NCBI GenBank assembly: GCA_045837725.1
Contig: JBEWZL010000038.1
Coordinates: 124,001 to 152,685, forward strand
Direction: 5' to 3'
DNA: 28,685 nucleotides
Origin: Vermamoeba vermiformis
Taxonomy: Eukaryota
Part shown: positions 23,250 to 28,685 of the stretch, one piece after another
How the letters are laid out: every line of letters starts with the position of its first letter
How positions within the stretch are numbered: position 1 is the stretch's first letter
Notes under the pieces: model-generated
What the model was told of the DNA's origin: nothing
What the model saw: the letters and a program-made list of their open reading frames with translations, nothing else
Databases searched by the model: none
Translations under genes and position numbers: made by a program

Positions 23250-23961
23250 ATGGTAAGCTTACTTAAAAATATATAGTCGTTAAATTAGAGTTTCATTGGG
23301 GTCGAGCTATTAATTAATTTACTATGACTTAACCAGCCTTAGCGAATAGTAAACATATTTAAATAATTATTCAAAACACGTAGTCAATTTTGGCAAATTA
23401 TTTACATTTTTGTAGGATTTTTCGATCAGACCTGCAACATCCGAAGATATTCCAACTCTTAACAAATTAATTGAAGAATCTGTGCGTTCTCTTCAAGCAA
23501 ATGATTATTCTCCTTCTCAAATCGAGGCTGCGCTAAAAGAAGTATACGGCGTGGATTCGCAGCTCGTGTCTGATCAAACTTATTTTGTCGTCGAAACGAA
23601 CAATGCTGAAGGGCTGCGTACTATCGTAGCATGTGGTGGCTGGAGCAAAAGAAAAACACTTTATGGAGGCGATAAATTCCGTGGTAGAGAAGATTCTTTG
23701 TTGGATCCGCTGACAGATGCGGCCAAAATCCGTGCTTTTTTCGTTCATCCCTCTTGGGCACGTCGCGGAGTTGGTACCCTCCTTCTAGAGGCCTGCGAGA
23801 AGGCAGCTATTGCTGCTGGGTTCACCAAATTCGAGATGGGCGCTACAGTGAGCGGAATAGCTTTCTACAGTGCCAAGGGCTACGCAGCTGCAGAGCGCAA
23901 CGAAGTGCCGCTGAGCACTGGAGAGACATTACCAATCCTGCGGATGACCAAGCTCATTTGA
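23250..23961 (+). CDS. GNAT-family N-acetyltransferase, bacterial type
   Basis: ATG|GTAAGC intron 23253-23415, then DFSIRPATSEDIP...GVDSQLVSDQTYFVV...VACGGWS...AKIRAFFVHPSWARRGVGTLLL (acetyl-CoA motif A). Confidence 0.92.
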
Positions 23962-24582
23962 GAGGCGTACTTGGGGGCTTGGCGCTGCTCGTTTGCCTGG
24001 CAAGTTAATTGCGGTCAATACACTTCTTATCTATCAATAACTCATAATATTGCAGGTCCAACATCACTGGGATGATTGCAAACGTTACGCAATGTTGGTG
24101 GAGGAGCGTGGAGAATCTCTTGAAACAATGTGCTCCATTTCTTTTTTGCGTTTTTCGAAATGACTCCCTGAAATGTCAAGCATTGCTTTGCGAGCGGACG
24201 TGTGCCACGCCAGAATACGCGTGCGGAATTTAACGACAGTACTGTCAAACTTGTCGTAAGTCAGATTAATGATACTACTGTTGTGCATTTAATGTCATAT
24301 TAACTATTCCATCTGTAGCACTGCAGTTGCCATTCGGGGTTACGCAGGATAAACAAACTATGATTTCACGTGACGAGACCCGTGCGCTAAATTTCGATTG
24401 AATTTCCAACCGTAAGAAACGTAGTTCACAAATAATCCTAATTAGTCGTTTTATGTGCCTTCTAATTATGTAGTTACCTTAATTTTCGATTAATATTCCA
24501 ACTCGCAATTATATCGGTGGTGATAAAACCAATGCTGTCAATTTAAATTTTATTAACGAATTCCAACGTGACCGAGCACAAC

Positions 24583-26193
24583 ATGAGAAATATTGTTTTC
24601 TCTTGCTTATTTTTATTGCTTGCAGGTGCTATCGACGCTGCTGTTTGGGGCGTATCAAATCGTCGTATAACGAAAGATGGCGAGCCCTTCGTTGTCAAAG
24701 GAGTCAATTACGCACCACTACCGCCTGGATCTCTTCCTACTGAAGCCACCCAATGGGGAGACTTGTTTCATGCTGATTGGGCTCATTTGCATGACCGCGA
24801 CATTCCCTTACTCCGCGCGGCGGGAGTGAATTCAATTCGTGTTTATCACCTGCAGTTGGTTTACCCAGGTCTGGACATCAACCTGTAAGTGCAATTTAAC
24901 GACCGAGATATGGCACTGGCTTGGCGCATTTTCTAACCATTGCCTTAAGGAATCACAAGCCATTCTTCGACAAGTTGTACAACAACGGCGTTGACCCTAT
25001 TTACATCTTAATTACTTACGCACTCAGCGATGGCTTCACTCATTTGGGTCCTTTTGACACGAGACCAGAGGGCGTGGATTACGCGTTCCAAACAACGGAT
25101 GGCAAGTGGTACACGTTAGACCCTGCGGCCGAGCCAGCGAACGCAGCTAAACGCGAGCAAGAAAAGAACATCATGGTAGAAATTGCCAAGAAGTATAAGG
25201 ACGAACCAGCTGTCATGGGCTTCGTCATCGGCAACGAACAAAACGATGCTATCACGCGCTCGAATTGCAGGTACTGGCAGTGGCTGGACGAGATCGATGC
25301 AGCTGTCAAGCAACAGGCACCGAATTTGTTGACTGCAACTACTATTGTTGACGACGCAATGATAACTGTCGGCGAATCCGTTCGCTGCAACGGACTGGCC
25401 AACATGGACGTGTGGGGCATCAACTCGTACCGAGGCACTGCCACCACAGGCTTTCACTCATTGTTCGACGAATTCTCGTCACTCGTTAACGACAAAGCCT
25501 TGCTGATTACCGAGTTTGGTTGTCCAGCCAGTGCTCGGGAGGACAACGAATTCACGATGTTGCCCGAGAATTCTCGACTGCAAGCTGATTACTTGGAGTC
25601 ACATTGGAACGACATCGTCCTTCACTTGAACGTCTGCTCTGGCGGCCATGTGTTCAGTTGGATCGACGAATGGTGGAAAAACAGCTTGCCGAACGAACAG
25701 ACGCCCAACAACCTGGCTCAGAACTTTGCTTTTCCCGGGCAATGGGCCGATGAAGAGGCGTGGGGACTTCTTGCTGTCGCTGTGGATTGCGAGGACATTT
25801 CGAACTGGGCTACCCGCGTTGATGAAGTCCTACCTCGTGCAGCGTACTACAGAATGGGCGTGTTGTTTGGTGCGTGGGGAACCGAGCCAGCAAATGGTTA
25901 GTACTAACCCTAGTCCTAATGCTTTTAGCACCATTTCTAATTTCGCCACAGTGTATGAGCCAATCAACTATCCTCTCTGCAATGGTAAATGGATTGGTAC
26001 TTCTAATGCACCAAATACACCCTCAGGCATTGCCTTGCCAGTCGCTCAACAACCTGAGGCTCCTCCTACTACGACTCAGAGTCCTTCAGTCCTCACTGTT
26101 CCAGCAACAGAGAATGACCAAGTCAGCTCTGCAGCTGGCTACTTCTTTGGTCTAATTTATTGTATTATTTCCTTATTTTTATTCTTAAATTAA
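24583..26193 (+). CDS. Secreted, probably GPI-anchored clan GH-A glycoside hydrolase (GH2/GH72-like TIM barrel)
   Basis: Exons 24583-24884, 24950-25896 and 25952-26193. Signal peptide; KGVNYAP; RDIPLLRAAGVNSIRVY; acid/base IGNE; nucleophile ITEFG; Pro/Thr stalk; SSA followed by a hydrophobic C-terminal tail. Confidence 0.88.
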
Positions 26194-26229
26194 ATTCATA
26201 ATATGCTCTCTTAAAAATCTTGTGTTTTA

Positions 26230-27830
26230 ATCAAATGAATTGTAACTTGCTTGTGGTCAAATGCACAAATTTGGTGGTGACATGTTACCACACCGGCTGA
26301 GGTACTTTGGCCACTGATAAGTTTACAACCCAGGGTGGTGTTGAGATCCAGGAACTCAACATAATTTTAACATGTAACTAGACCCCTGAACTGGGGGCAA
26401 TTTACTAAGATGGCAACAAAGTCCTGGAGAACAGAGGTACGTTGGCTCCAGCCAATCCAGTGTATTCCAAGTCACAGTTACTTGCACTAGTCAACATCAA
26501 TGACATGACCCACTAAGTTGGAGTTTGCTTGCAAAGTGCTTAATCTACACTTGGTGAGTCAGTGGCCAAGATTGACACAGGTGCTGCTGTATCTCTTGTC
26601 AATAAAGAAACTCACCACCTCTAAAGACCAGGGATGGTGAGAGACACCATCACTGGGTGATGTTAAGAATATTTTACAACAAGTGCATGAACCAGGACCT
26701 GTTCATCTAAGATCAGCAGTGTAAGTGAATTGGCATGAACAGAAGGCTGTAATAACCCCTCTAATCAGCTACAATGCAAGAGCAACTGAACTTTCTCAAC
26801 AGTGTTGAATCCAAGACCCATGCCCACCAATTACACAGAGCTGGCAAGATAACATGCCATGAAAAGAAAACCAAAACAAGAGTCTATCAGCCTAATGAGA
26901 AAGTGTTAATTGATGTGGGCAAAAGAAACAGCGAAAAACACAAGAGAAGCTTATGAGGCCACAGTAGATGAAGAGCTCATTGGAGAAGAGGTGCACTTTC
27001 ACTATTAATGAGGGTGAGCTTGCTGGTGGACGGTGCTTGGTAGGACATGAATGCATTGAACCTATGAATCTGGCAGATCTAATGATCAGCTCAACAAACA
27101 CCTCCAGACAAACAAAAACGGTGTCAGATACTATTGGGGTGTGAGGCAGATTCCATGGACTGTGAAGAGTTGGTGGATTGAAGTGAAAGACTCTATAGGC
27201 AAGAACTTGATCTGATAATACAATGGGACCATCAGCTGTTGGTATGATGGATCAAGATTTTTGCAGCCTCTCTCAATGTGTCTGCCAAATTCCCAGAAAG
27301 ACAAATCAACATGGGCCTGGGAATATCTTTGTGTGGGGTAAACTTTCCTGCCAATTTCACCTGCTAGAGACTTGGATCATACTGTCCAGGATGTATGATC
27401 GACTTGTATCATCATCTCTGCCTGGTCAATATATTTATATCTCCTCATTGCTTTGAGGGTGGGATGATAGCAGGATAGAAAAAGGGTCCAAAGCTGTCAA
27501 GTGGAGATCTCTGTGGGGTCATTCATGGACTGTGCTATCAATTCATCATCCCATTCATAGAAATGGGCTTGGAAGATAAACATTTTGTGGATAATCCTTG
27601 TGGATGGATCGAGACCTAGGTAGAGAATAAGGATCTTTGTGCAAAAACTTGGAGAGTTAACTTATGGGCTGCAAGCTCCCGTTAAATACTGAGAAGAGCA
27701 TCAGAGGCTGGAAAAAGTGAGACAAGGAGAAGAGAATGAATATCCGCAGGATCAGAGGCCAAAGGCACCATTGAAGATCCAGTGCTCATAAGTGACGATG
27801 AGTGAACTATTGAGGCTTTTCAGTTGTTTC
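26230..27830 (+). mobile_element. Degenerate LTR-type retroelement relic
   Basis: Retropepsin-like motif AKIDTGAAVSLV at 26565-26600; RVYQPNEKVLI near 26880-26910 resembles the post-integrase RxFxxGDxVL motif; all frames are broken; strong CpG depletion. Boundaries are approximate. Confidence 0.55.
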
Positions 27831-28197
27831 CTAAGAATGACATTAATAAAAAGGTGTTATTAACAAAAACAATATCAAATAAAGATAATCCAACCTCAAT
27901 TAAATTAAAAAAAAAACAGATTTGATCCGCATCTTACTTTTAATGGAAATTTTTGGTGTAGCTTTCGAAACTTTCGAAAATTCTTCAATCTCAATCGCTT
28001 TAATTTGTTTATTTTTCTCCTTTTCCGTGGTGAGGTTTGTCCATCCGAGAGTTCATCCGGATCAGATTCAGATGCAGATTCAGATCTGGTTTCATAGTCG
28101 AGTGTTGTGTCCACATTCATATATACTACAGGGCTTGGCCAAACAGGGCTAGCCCTCAAATCTATTCTAAAAGTAACGGAAGCAATGCAAGTTTTTA

Positions 28198-28412
28198 AGT
28201 GCTTGTGAAGTGATGAGAGTTGTCGAGCACTGACGAGAGTCAGTTGAGCAACTGACGGTAAAGCGACAATGATGTGACACTAATGATGTAACGCAATGAT
28301 GTAGTGTGTGAAAATTAAGCGAACACTATTGGTGCTTGACACTGACAGTCATGACATGACGAGTGCTTGAGCACTGATGTGAACACTAGCGAAGTGCTTG
28401 AAACACTAGCAA
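28198..28412. repeat. Block of short imperfect direct and inverted repeats
   Basis: AATGATGT x3, GTGCTTGA x3, CACTGA x3, AACACTAGC x2; hairpins GTCAGTTG-AG-CAACTGAC (28239-28256) and AGTGCT-TG-AGCACT. Confidence 0.65.
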
Positions 28413-28441
28413 GAAGTTGCCGAAGCTCTTTTTAGGTTGAT

Positions 28442-28664
28442 AAATTAAAATTAAAATTAAAATTAAAATTAAAATTAAAATTAAAAAAATTAAAAATTAA
28501 AAAAAAATTAAAAAAATTAAAATTAAAATTAAAATTAAAAAAAAATTAAAAAAAAAATTAAAAATTAAAAAAATTAAAATTAAAATTAAAATTAAAATTA
28601 AAATTAAAATTAAAATTAAAATTAAAATTAAAATTAAAATTAAAATTAAATTAAAATTAAAATT
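28442..28664 (+). repeat. (TTAAAA)n tandem array with A-run length variants
   Basis: About 220 nt of pure A/T, read directly from the sequence. Confidence 0.97.
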
Positions 28665-28685
28665 TGAATCATGTATTCGTTGGTG

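Noticed and set aside
28210-28255. GTGATGA...CTGA box C/D-like pair
   Set aside because: Only ~46 nt long and embedded in a block where these words recur as repeats.
28198-28412. CRISPR-like array
   Set aside because: Repeats are short and irregular, with no constant repeat-spacer period and no cas genes; the context is eukaryotic.
28442-28685. True telomere
   Set aside because: The unit has no G/C and non-repeat sequence follows the array.
1-28685. Alternative genetic code or bacterial contamination
   Set aside because: TAA, TAG and TGA all terminate genes, in-frame stops vanish on splicing, and the bacterial-like genes carry the same intron type as core eukaryotic neighbours.

Overview
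Gene-dense eukaryotic nuclear DNA, probably from a protist; an amoebozoan-like origin is my inference and the taxon cannot be fixed from sequence alone. It uses the standard code, with many ~45-60 nt spliceosomal introns and a few longer, mostly 5'-proximal ones. Manual splicing gives 17 protein genes in order: tripeptidyl-peptidase I-like S53 peptidase (partial), F-box/LRR, Mediator Med2/29/32-like, V-ATPase c'', DUF3592, a signal-peptide/TM J-protein with a C2H2 finger, a secreted Cys-rich protein, a PNPOx-like stress protein, TPR, YtcJ-like amidohydrolase, a cyanobacterial-like APH-kinase/AAA_33 fusion, alpha/beta hydrolase, DUF4476, ELP4 (two frame breaks), ARM repeat, GNAT and a GPI-anchored clan GH-A glycoside hydrolase. 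The last ~2.5 kb holds a strongly CpG-depleted retroelement relic, a short-repeat block and a (TTAAAA)n array. Most notable: (1) CpG loss confined to the transposon relic, (2) long introns that fold into nested stems, (3) 3' splice sites set by branch-point distance with many AAG acceptors, and (4) several bacterial-type genes that have acquired introns. All family calls are from motif recognition, not database searches.
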